Of a stretch of 11,004 nucleotides of DNA, positions 1 to 7,258 are shown piece after piece. The position numbers and the translations under genes were made by a program. The notes beneath the pieces are model-generated. The model made no database searches and was not told the DNA's origin. It worked only from the letters and a program-made list of their open reading frames with translations. The stretch spans positions 1 through 11,004 of the forward strand of contig CAZJUB010000089.1 in NCBI GenBank assembly GCA_964549075.1, in the 5' to 3' direction. Positions within the stretch are counted from its first letter, which is position 1. Every line of letters begins with the position of its first letter. This stretch comes from an uncultured archaeon. Lineage in GTDB: Archaea > Asgardarchaeota > Heimdallarchaeia > Heimdallarchaeales > Heimdallarchaeaceae.

Positions 1-224
1 TTTTGAGCTGGGATATACCACCTATATGCATTATTCGACTTGTAATCTTCATTATTCCCAAACAATACTCTCTCTCCGGATGTAGCTGTAAATATAGTAC
101 ATGAAGAAGAAACATGAGGTTGTATGTTAATTGTTGAGTTTCCTTCTATTGTAGAAGGTTGGATTGTTACTAGGATAGTAATAGTAAACATGATTAAAGC
201 TAATTGTTGTCTTTTAGTAAACAT
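1..224 (-). CDS. Secreted Cys-type N-terminal nucleophile (Ntn) hydrolase, 5' part only (runs off the window)
   Basis: Manual translation from ATG at 224: MFTKRQQLALIMFTITILVTIQPSTIEGNSTINIQPHVSSS-CTIFTATSGERVLFGNNEDYKSNNAYRWYIPAQ. The frame is open to the edge. A signal-peptide-like N-terminus precedes CT-x-F...LFGNNED, typical of choloylglycine hydrolase/penicillin V acylase/C45-like Ntn hydrolases. Confidence 0.8.
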   Translation of the reverse strand, partial: MFTKRQQLALIMFTITILVTIQPSTIEGNSTINIQPHVSSSCTIFTATSGERVLFGNNEDYKSNNAYRWYIPAQ

Positions 225-225
225 G

Positions 226-265
226 ATAACTAAAAGATTCCAGTGTTTTTTTATCTTTTAGTTAT
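226..265. promoter_or_regulatory. Perfect 13-bp inverted repeat just upstream of the Ntn hydrolase start; candidate operator or RNA hairpin
   Basis: ATAACTAAAAGAT (226-238), a 14-nt spacer, then ATCTTTTAGTTAT (253-265). Confidence 0.55.
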
Positions 266-446
266 AAGTTGTGAGATTACTTTATATATTCTTAACTAAC
301 GCTAATTTATATTTGAGTTATGATTTTCACTAATATTTCTGAATAAAACTAGTTTTGCTTCATTTTATGAGCTTATTTTATATATACCCGTCGTAAGTCG
401 CATAAAAATTAATTTAGATGAGAATCTATGTATACTTGTGATAAAT

Positions 447-623
447 ATGGCAACACAAAACAATAGAAAGATACTAGGTCTAGGTTTCCGCTTCTATGAA
501 CCTAAACTAAAAACAGATAGTATTGAAAACGAAAAACATAGAAGTACTAGCCATATAACACATAAGCAATTGAAAAAATCTCAAGTTAGAGCTAAATATA
601 ATTCAATGTTTTATGGCTATTAA
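447..623 (+). CDS. Possible small basic hypothetical protein (58 aa from ATG 447)
   Basis: Only listed ORF in a 640-bp gap. A GTGA RBS-like element precedes the ATG and a palindrome follows the stop. No recognisable domain. Confidence 0.35.
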   Translation: MATQNNRKILGLGFRFYEPKLKTDSIENEKHRSTSHITHKQLKKSQVRAKYNSMFYGY

Positions 624-630
624 AGAGATT

Positions 631-655
631 AAGAAGTGAATTTAATTCACTACTT
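631..655. other. Palindrome; possible terminator hairpin or protein-binding site
   Basis: AGTGAATT-T-AATTCACT (635-651), extended by AAG/CTT across one mismatch, shortly after the small ORF stop. Confidence 0.35.
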
Positions 656-866
656 TAAATCTAATTTTGAAATATTAAATTCAATCTAGTTTTTTACAAA
701 ACTCAGTTAGTATCTTATACTAGAAATAGAATAATAAAATCAATATAGTTGAATTTAAACCTTATAGTTTAATAACATTAAGTTTCTGAAGAAAAAAACA
801 AAATTTATAGCTTCATATATACTATAATGTATTTTTTCATTTCATACTTGATTGAAAGTTTAATGA

Positions 867-1328
867 CTAGTTTGAATACTTGAGTATAATCTTCCTCAAT
901 CTTTCTTCTAATGTTGGTGAAAAATTACTCTCTTTTATCCACATTTCAACTAGTGAAAGTCTTTTATTAATCCAATTTTGATTATCCATTTCTTTTGATA
1001 TAAGAAATTCCCATTCAGTTGCAGTTACATGTGCTTTTAACACTTCATTGTTATGTTGGTGAAAAATCTCTTCAGATATAGGAATTTCATTTCTCTTTAG
1101 TTCATTTAATTCTACTATCTCATGTAGGAGTAATAGTTTGTGAACAACAATATCAGAAAGAGTTGTAGTATCACCAGTTTGAGTATCAATAGAGAAATAG
1201 TTTATCAAATCTTTTGCTTTTACATTAGTCTGGTTATAGCCATATTTAGAAAGTATCTTTGACACTTCTTCGACTAATTCCTGTAAATATTTCTCATCCA
1301 TTTTCAAAGATTGATTTTTTCTTGACAT
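867..1328 (-). CDS. Hypothetical protein with HExxE...HxxAxxxE putative metal-binding motif
   Basis: 153-aa ORF containing LLLHEIVELNELK and KAHVTATEWE. Confidence 0.7.
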   Translation of the reverse strand: MSRKNQSLKMDEKYLQELVEEVSKILSKYGYNQTNVKAKDLINYFSIDTQTGDTTTLSDIVVHKLLLLHEIVELNELKRNEIPISEEIFHQHNNEVLKAHVTATEWEFLISKEMDNQNWINKRLSLVEMWIKESNFSPTLEERLRKIILKYSN

Positions 1329-1556
1329 TTAGACAAAACTCGGAGTGATTGTAACAATAACGATTATAAATTAAAAAAGTAATTTAAAAGTTTGTCGAGA
1401 TGAAAAAAGAATCAGACGTTTGTATGCATTAGAATAGAATTTTTAGAATTGATAATAACAATATTCTTATCCTAAATATTCTAAAACTTAAAAACTAGTA
1501 TAACCTTACATGAGTGTTAAATATTATTAAATTAATTGAAGATAAAAACACAGTTG

Positions 1557-3206
1557 ATGCTAATGGAATTAAATACCGACCTTCTGATCATAGGTGGAGG
1601 GAGTGCAGGAACAATGGCCGCAATTGTTGCAAAAGAACAAAATCCTGATATTGATGTTCTAATCATAGAAAAGGCTGAGATCAATCGAAGTGGTTCTATT
1701 GCCATGGGAATGGATGCTCTTAACATAGTTATTCAACCTGGTTTATCAACTTCCGAACAATATTTGGATTCAGTGAAAATCATAACAGAAGGAATTCTTG
1801 ACTACAAGCCAAGTTTGGTTATGGCTGAGAGAAGTTATGCATTGTTAAAACGACTTGAAAGTTGGGGGATTCATTTTCCTCAAAATGAAGATGAAGAATA
1901 TATCTCTTTACAAGTTCATGCCAAAGGAAAATTTTTAGTTGAGATGGATTCACCAGATTTGAAATTAGTTTTAGCAAAGAAGGTAAAAGAAGCGAAGGTA
2001 AAAGTTCTAAACCGTACGATAATCACCAAGCTTTTAGTTAAAGAAGGGAGAGTGAATGGTGCTCTAGGATTTAATGTTAGAAGCGGAGAATTTGTTGTTT
2101 GTAAAGCAAAAGCTGTTATTCTAGCAAATGGTGGTTGTGCAAGATTTTCTCTTCCTAATTCAGGATACCTTTATGGAACATTTGATTATCCAGGAAATGC
2201 AGGAGATGGATATGCTCTTGCCTACCATGCTGGAGCACAACTTACAGGTTTTGAATACACTAGCTGTTCTCCTCTAATAAAGGATCTAAACTGTCCTCTG
2301 TTATACATTACTCTTACAAGAGGAGCAGAAGTCGTTAATGCACTTGGAGAAACGCTAGATTTCGAATATCTTTCTCCGCAGTTCATGTTAAATGAACTTC
2401 GAGAGGGGAGAGGACCGATTTTTATAAAGATGAATCATTTACCAGAAGAAAGGATTAAGGAAATTGAGAACATCCTTTTTACAACTGAACGTCCGATACA
2501 AAAGAGATTTTGGGAGGAAAGAGGAGTAGATTTCAGAGAGGGATTGATTGAGCTTGGAGAAACAGAATATCAACTATGTGGAGGTCATGGGTTTACTGGT
2601 ATTGTAGTGAATGAAAGAGCTGAGACTAGCCTAAAAGGACTTTATGCTGCTGGTGATGTAGCTTGCGTACCTTTCCAACATTTAACAGGAGCGTTTGTGT
2701 TTGGAGAAATAGCAGCAGAAGAAGCAATAAAATACGCAAGTACTATCAAACATATCGAACTTGATCCAAGTTCTTTGAAAGAAGAGGAAAAAAGATTGCA
2801 AAACATCATAGATATTAATAAAAAAGGAGCTATATCTGTGCAAGAATTTGAATACAAAGTTAGAAGAAAGATAAGTGATTATGCTATTCCTCCAAAAAAT
2901 GAAACGAAATTGAATCAAATGTTATGGTGGATTCAAAGATTTAGAGCAGAAGTTTCTGACATAAAAATCTCAGATTATCATGAGTTAAGTAAATTCGAAG
3001 AAATCAGATTTATCCTAGATTGTGCTGAGCTATCTGTTAGAGCTTCACTTACTAGAAAGGAAAGTCGCTGGGGATGGTTTCATTATAGAATTGATTTTCC
3101 CGAGAGAGATGATGAAAAGTGGTTGAAGCACGTTATTCTCGAGAAAAACAAAACTAATGGAGAGATGAAAGTATCTCTGAGAGACATTAAGGATAGGTGG
3201 AAATAA
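1557..3206 (+). CDS. FAD-dependent oxidoreductase, AprA/AsfA-like member of the succinate dehydrogenase/fumarate reductase flavoprotein superfamily
   Basis: GGGSAG dinucleotide-binding motif, RSGSIAMGMDALN, GNAGDGYALAYHAGA, GLYAAGD, and C-terminal RKESRWG..HYRIDFPERDD. ATG 1557 or 1563 is preferred over the track start at 1536. Confidence 0.9.
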   Translation: MLMELNTDLLIIGGGSAGTMAAIVAKEQNPDIDVLIIEKAEINRSGSIAMGMDALNIVIQPGLSTSEQYLDSVKIITEGILDYKPSLVMAERSYALLKRLESWGIHFPQNEDEEYISLQVHAKGKFLVEMDSPDLKLVLAKKVKEAKVKVLNRTIITKLLVKEGRVNGALGFNVRSGEFVVCKAKAVILANGGCARFSLPNSGYLYGTFDYPGNAGDGYALAYHAGAQLTGFEYTSCSPLIKDLNCPLLYITLTRGAEVVNALGETLDFEYLSPQFMLNELREGRGPIFIKMNHLPEERIKEIENILFTTERPIQKRFWEERGVDFREGLIELGETEYQLCGGHGFTGIVVNERAETSLKGLYAAGDVACVPFQHLTGAFVFGEIAAEEAIKYASTIKHIELDPSSLKEEEKRLQNIIDINKKGAISVQEFEYKVRRKISDYAIPPKNETKLNQMLWWIQRFRAEVSDIKISDYHELSKFEEIRFILDCAELSVRASLTRKESRWGWFHYRIDFPERDDEKWLKHVILEKNKTNGEMKVSLRDIKDRWK

Positions 3207-3400
3207 TGACATTAATAATTGATGAGAATCTGTGTACAAGTTGTAGTGAATGTGTAGAACGTTGCCCAATGGATATAATTAGATTAGATGAAAACGGAAT
3301 ACCTTATCAAAAATACAATGAGTGTTGGTACTGTGGGGTGTGTGAAGAAGATTGTCCAGAAAATGCTCTTGTAATTGAATTACCTTTTCTTGTTAAATAA
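3206..3400 (+). CDS. 2x[4Fe-4S] ferredoxin (AprB/AsfB-like, 64 aa)
   Basis: CTSCSECVERCP and CWYCGVCEEDCP. The ATG overlaps the upstream stop (TAATG, 3204-3208), with AGGTGG RBS at 3195-3200. Confidence 0.93.
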   Translation: MTLIIDENLCTSCSECVERCPMDIIRLDENGIPYQKYNECWYCGVCEEDCPENALVIELPFLVK

Positions 3401-3437
3401 TTTGCAATATAATATTTGTAATTTCAGATACAGAGAC

Positions 3438-4379
3438 TTAACAATTCTCCGTTTCTACAGATTTAGTTGGTGAAGTTCGAATGCTATCTTCTTGCAAAAG
3501 ATTCTGAAAAACACCAAAGGATTCTAATTCCATATCGCATGCATGAGGTTCTATTGGATGTCTTCGCTTTCTCAGTTTCTTGTGTATCCAATCGTAAAAC
3601 ATACTGAAAACATAAAGTATTGACAAGAGTACAACTATTACAGGTCCAGGTGGTAACTGAATAAAGTGAGCAATAAACAAACCTGAGACATTTGAAACTG
3701 CAAGTACAATACCAGACATTATCATAGTTCTCTTGATAGTCTTTTGATAGTATAATGAAATAGCAGCTGGAAGTGTAAGAAAGGCTATTAATAAGATAAT
3801 ACCTACAATCGACACTATTACTATGATTGTTAGAGCAACTAGAACGTAAAAAAGTACATTAACAAGCATAATTGGAATGTTTCTTACTTCAGCATATTCC
3901 TCATCGAAAAGAACAAGTTGTATGGTTTGAAATCCAAGTATTGCAACCAGCACAATGATAACTGTCAAGATGATCAAAGCTATGAGATCCCAGAATTCTA
4001 TAGTAAGAATATTTCCAAACATGAAACTAAAAAGATCTTGAGTGTATCCTTCTGTCAGATAAAGGAAAATTCCACCTATAGCCATTCCAAAAGCCCAGAT
4101 GAAGCTTAAAATTGGATCTAGACGATTCTTAGCTCGTCTCTTAATAACACCAACAGCAGCTCCGCTAAATGCCCCAAATATTACTCCTCCAATTATAGGG
4201 CTTATACCTAAATAACCAGCTATAGCTAAACCTCCAAAAGTAGCATGTGAGATACTTCCAGAAATCATAGAGATTCTTTTTATTACAACAAAGGTACCTA
4301 TGATTGCACAAGGTACAGCAGCAATAATTGCTACAATTAAAGCTTGTTGAAAGAAAAGATATGATAAAATACTACTCAT
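3438..4379 (-). CDS. znuB: Zn/Mn ABC transporter permease (ZnuB/ABC-3 family)
   Basis: Multi-pass membrane protein with ISHATFGG, FMFGNIL, FDEEYAEVRNIP and LTLPAA motifs. The probable start at 4379 overlaps the ATPase stop. Confidence 0.88.
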   Translation of the reverse strand: MSSILSYLFFQQALIVAIIAAVPCAIIGTFVVIKRISMISGSISHATFGGLAIAGYLGISPIIGGVIFGAFSGAAVGVIKRRAKNRLDPILSFIWAFGMAIGGIFLYLTEGYTQDLFSFMFGNILTIEFWDLIALIILTVIIVLVAILGFQTIQLVLFDEEYAEVRNIPIMLVNVLFYVLVALTIIVIVSIVGIILLIAFLTLPAAISLYYQKTIKRTMIMSGIVLAVSNVSGLFIAHFIQLPPGPVIVVLLSILYVFSMFYDWIHKKLRKRRHPIEPHACDMELESFGVFQNLLQEDSIRTSPTKSVETENC

Positions 4380-5124
4380 CAATACACTCTCCTGAGACTC
4401 TTTTACCTTTTTCTTCATGTACTTCATGAATGTTAATACCATGTGCCATACAGCGATTTATACAGAGAAATTTATCCACATATTCTTCTAGTAATGAAAG
4501 GTTATGATCAACAATAAGAATAGTGACAGTTTTACTAAGACGTTTTAGGGTTTCTAAAAACATTTTTTGTAAAGTAACATCAAGACCTGCAGTTGGCTCA
4601 TCTAATATCAAAATTTGAGGTTCAGTTGCAAGAGCTCTAGCTAGAAAAACTCTATTTCTCTGTCCTCCAGATAATTCGTTGAGTTTTCTATCCTTTAAAC
4701 TATAAATATCAACCATCTTCATGACTCTTTCTACAATTTCCTTATCCTTCTTTGTTATAAAACCTATAATTTTTGTTTGTACTCTAGCACCTATTATAGC
4801 TTCATGCACTGTAATTGGAAAATCAGTATCAACATCTTTTATCTGTGGGAAATATCCAATCTCTCTTCTTTTGTTCTTAATCTGTTGTCCAAACAATCTT
4901 ATTGTTCCCATATCAGGTTGCAAAATTCCTAGAACTAATTTGACAAAAGTCGTTTTTCCGCCACCATTTGGACCAATTATTCCAACAAACTCACCTTCAT
5001 GAATTTCAATATTTACATCTTGTAATGCCCAATCTTTGTTGTTGAATGAGAAAAAGAGATCTTTTACTTCTAGAACAGATTTCTCTTTTTCGACTTGAAC
5101 TGTACTCATACTATATCTAACCAT
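4372..5124 (-). CDS. znuC: Zn/Mn ABC transporter ATP-binding protein (ZnuC family)
   Basis: Walker A GPNGGGKT, signature LSGGQ, Walker B ILILDEPT, H-loop VDHN. Start at 5124 or 5109. Confidence 0.9.
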   Translation of the reverse strand: MVRYSMSTVQVEKEKSVLEVKDLFFSFNNKDWALQDVNIEIHEGEFVGIIGPNGGGKTTFVKLVLGILQPDMGTIRLFGQQIKNKRREIGYFPQIKDVDTDFPITVHEAIIGARVQTKIIGFITKKDKEIVERVMKMVDIYSLKDRKLNELSGGQRNRVFLARALATEPQILILDEPTAGLDVTLQKMFLETLKRLSKTVTILIVDHNLSLLEEYVDKFLCINRCMAHGINIHEVHEEKGKRVSGECIDE

Positions 5125-6139
5125 TCTTTTTTCTTCTAATTAAAATAGGTATCGCCACAGTTATTAAAACGAATAAGGTGATACTAATTGTAAAACCTGG
5201 AACACCCTTACACACAGGTTCTTGATCTAACTTTACAACCAATAGATCTGTAGTCCAATCAAGGTTATTATAATAGTCACTTGCAAGAGGATAAAGCTGT
5301 ACAATTTCCACACAAGCTTCTCTTGCAAATGCATCTGCAACAGAAACACTCACTTCCTCTTGGATGAATATTGCTCCAACATCATTAGCTCTTGCCTCAT
5401 CTATTACTTGTACAAAATGAGCTGAACTGGGATCCTTTCCATCTTCTTCCAAAGCTATAAGTGTCAATCCAAAATCATCTGCAAAATACCCCCAAGAAGG
5501 GTGAAAAACTAGCATAACAGTTTTATTAACAGCACTCAATCTATAAGCAATCGTACTGTTCAAATCTGTTAATCTTGAGATATAAGAAGCTGCATTTGTT
5601 GCATATTCAGCTGAATGAGCGGGATCGATTTCTTGGAGTTTATCTCTGATAGTTCCAAGCATGTGTATTGTTCGGGTTGGAGAAAGCCAAATATGTGGAT
5701 CGACATTGCTTGCAACTTGATTCATAACTAAACCTTCGTTATGTACTTGTTCTTGTAACAAGTCCAGACCAATTGAAAGATTTACATATTGAAAACTGGG
5801 ATTTTCCGAAGCACCAATCAAAGCACCTTTATTGGCTGTTTCAAAATCAGTTAATCCAATAGAAAACCACACATCAGCTTCACTCATAAATATCAGATCA
5901 TCTGTTGTCGGATTGTAAGTATGAGGACTCTGTCCTGCGGGAATAAGTGGTGAAACATCAACATGTTCTCCCCCTATCTCTTCAATCCATTCAACTTGAG
6001 GTACAATAGTTACAGCTACTTTTACTGATGCTTGATTTAACTCTTTTCTCGAATTAACATTATTGACTCCTGCTACCGAAAAAGAAGTAGACAGAATAAA
6101 ACCTAATAGTAGTAATAATACAGTTTGTTTATATCTCAT
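5117..6139 (-). CDS. znuA: Zn/Mn ABC transporter substrate-binding protein (ZnuA/TroA-like) with C-terminal PGF-TM-basic anchor
   Basis: Three His ligand motifs: SPHTYNP, DPHIWLSP, FHPSWGYF. Signal peptide from ATG 6139. C-terminus is VPGF, a hydrophobic helix and RRKK. Confidence 0.9.
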   Translation of the reverse strand: MRYKQTVLLLLLGFILSTSFSVAGVNNVNSRKELNQASVKVAVTIVPQVEWIEEIGGEHVDVSPLIPAGQSPHTYNPTTDDLIFMSEADVWFSIGLTDFETANKGALIGASENPSFQYVNLSIGLDLLQEQVHNEGLVMNQVASNVDPHIWLSPTRTIHMLGTIRDKLQEIDPAHSAEYATNAASYISRLTDLNSTIAYRLSAVNKTVMLVFHPSWGYFADDFGLTLIALEEDGKDPSSAHFVQVIDEARANDVGAIFIQEEVSVSVADAFAREACVEIVQLYPLASDYYNNLDWTTDLLVVKLDQEPVCKGVPGFTISITLFVLITVAIPILIRRKKNG

Positions 6140-6142
6140 TTT

Positions 6143-6201
6143 AATATCCCGTAGCATTTACGATATTTCGCAAATATTATGAGGAACCGAAAATTTATAA
6201 G
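6143..6201. promoter_or_regulatory. Divergent promoter region between znuA and the regulator, with candidate operator palindromes
   Basis: BRE-like CCGAAAA plus TTTATAAG (6194-6201), about 30 nt before ATG 6230. The same element reads TTATAAAT on the minus strand. Inverted repeats ATATTT-CGC-AAATAT (6163-6177) and AATAT(CC)CGTA-N5-TACGATATT (6143-6167). Confidence 0.55.
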
Positions 6202-6229
6202 TATTATTGTCTATCGAAATAAGTAGCAA

Positions 6230-6655
6230 ATGACAGTGCGAGAAAACGAGCTTTCTGTTCAAGAGAACAAAGTTTTGGAATTCATTTACAGATGGTTTAG
6301 ACCTATTAGAACTGGAGATTTAAGCAAAGAGATGGATATCAAACACACAACTTTGAATTCTCAACTTAAAGCGTTGGAAGATAAGAAATTCATAAAATGG
6401 GACAGATATGGTTCGGTCGTATTAACCCCAAAAGGGAAGGACAAAGCTAAACATCTTAACCGTCACCATGGAATATTAGAAACTTTTATGATAGAAATCT
6501 TAGGAATGGAGAAAAATAAAGCTCAACTAGAAACACTTTCTCTTGCTCCTGTAGTTTCGTGTAATTTTGTCAATTTGATTGGGGATAAGTTCAACTTACC
6601 AACAACATGTGCTTGTGGGAATGAAATACCTACTGAAAAAGAATGTATTAGCTAA
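6230..6655 (+). CDS. DtxR/MntR-family metal-dependent transcriptional regulator with atypical ligand set
   Basis: N-terminal wHTH ending YGSVVLTPKG, then RHHGILETF..ILG and PTTCACGNEIP (compare PxxCPHGNPIP). Divergent from znuACB. Confidence 0.85.
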   Translation: MTVRENELSVQENKVLEFIYRWFRPIRTGDLSKEMDIKHTTLNSQLKALEDKKFIKWDRYGSVVLTPKGKDKAKHLNRHHGILETFMIEILGMEKNKAQLETLSLAPVVSCNFVNLIGDKFNLPTTCACGNEIPTEKECIS

Positions 6656-6665
6656 GGTTTTTGAA

Positions 6666-7202
6666 ATGATTGATTTGGAAACTGAGAGACTTTTAATTAG
6701 AAATTATAGAGTAGATGATTGGAAAGATCTTGCAGAATTAGGTATGAAATATGAAGAAACAGATTTAGCTAAGTATGATGAAGGTCCATGGCCAGATGAT
6801 TTAGAAGTCTATAAAGGAATGGTTCAAGATCTAGCTAAAAGCGATGATTTTCTCGCAGTTGTTCTCAAAGAGACTAAAAAATTAATTGGATTGATATACA
6901 AAGCTGCAAAAGAAAACAAGAAGTATGAATTCGGTTTTAATTTTAATACTGATTATCAAGGGAAAGGATATGCTTCAGAAAGTTGTAAAGTCGTTGTAGA
7001 CTACATGTTTGATATATTAAAAGCTAATTTAATTACAGCAGGAACTGCAAAAGTAAATGCTCCTTCAAATAAACTGCTGTTGAAATTAGGTTTTAAACAG
7101 GTAGGAGAAAAAACAATTGCTTTTAGAAAGGATGAAAATGGTAATCCAATCGAATTTGAAGCTTTAGATTATGTTTTGAAGTTAGAAGATTCGTCAAATT
7201 GA
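6666..7202 (+). CDS. GNAT N-acetyltransferase, RimJ/RimL-like
   Basis: LETERLLIR, YQGKGYASE (acetyl-CoA motif A) and NAPSNKLLLKLGF. Start at ATG 6666, 10 nt after the regulator stop. Confidence 0.9.
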   Translation: MIDLETERLLIRNYRVDDWKDLAELGMKYEETDLAKYDEGPWPDDLEVYKGMVQDLAKSDDFLAVVLKETKKLIGLIYKAAKENKKYEFGFNFNTDYQGKGYASESCKVVVDYMFDILKANLITAGTAKVNAPSNKLLLKLGFKQVGEKTIAFRKDENGNPIEFEALDYVLKLEDSSN

Positions 7203-7210
7203 GCTAATTC

Positions 7211-7241
7211 AAACAGAAAAAAATCAAAAAAAGAGAAAAAA
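7211..7241 (-). terminator. Oligo-T tracts on the minus strand downstream of the beta-helix gene; archaeal-type terminator
   Basis: Three A-runs on the + strand (T-runs on -) in the convergent intergenic gap. Confidence 0.45.
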
Positions 7242-7258
7242 CACGTAGATGAGTTAAT

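Noticed and set aside
182-227. Direct repeat TAGTAAACATGAT (182-194 and 215-227)
   Set aside because: Only two short copies, both covering Met-Phe-Thr codons. Not an array or a target-site duplication that can be supported.
1532-3269. Minus-strand ORFs 1532-1726, 2642-2857, 2682-2918 and 3045-3269
   Set aside because: Antisense shadows of the flavoprotein and ferredoxin genes, with no motifs.
1557-3400. Calling the pair sdhA/frdA or dissimilatory aprAB
   Set aside because: It lacks the covalent-FAD His motif and SdhB/anchor genes, and the ferredoxin is too short for canonical AprB.
3918-5002. Plus-strand ORFs 3918-4109 and 4721-5002
   Set aside because: Antisense to znuB and znuC.
6579-6665. 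N-terminal extension of the GNAT ORF in the track (likewise 4380-4442 for znuB and 3197-3205 for the ferredoxin)
   Set aside because: These overlap the upstream genes. Downstream ATGs fit the family N-termini and translational coupling better.
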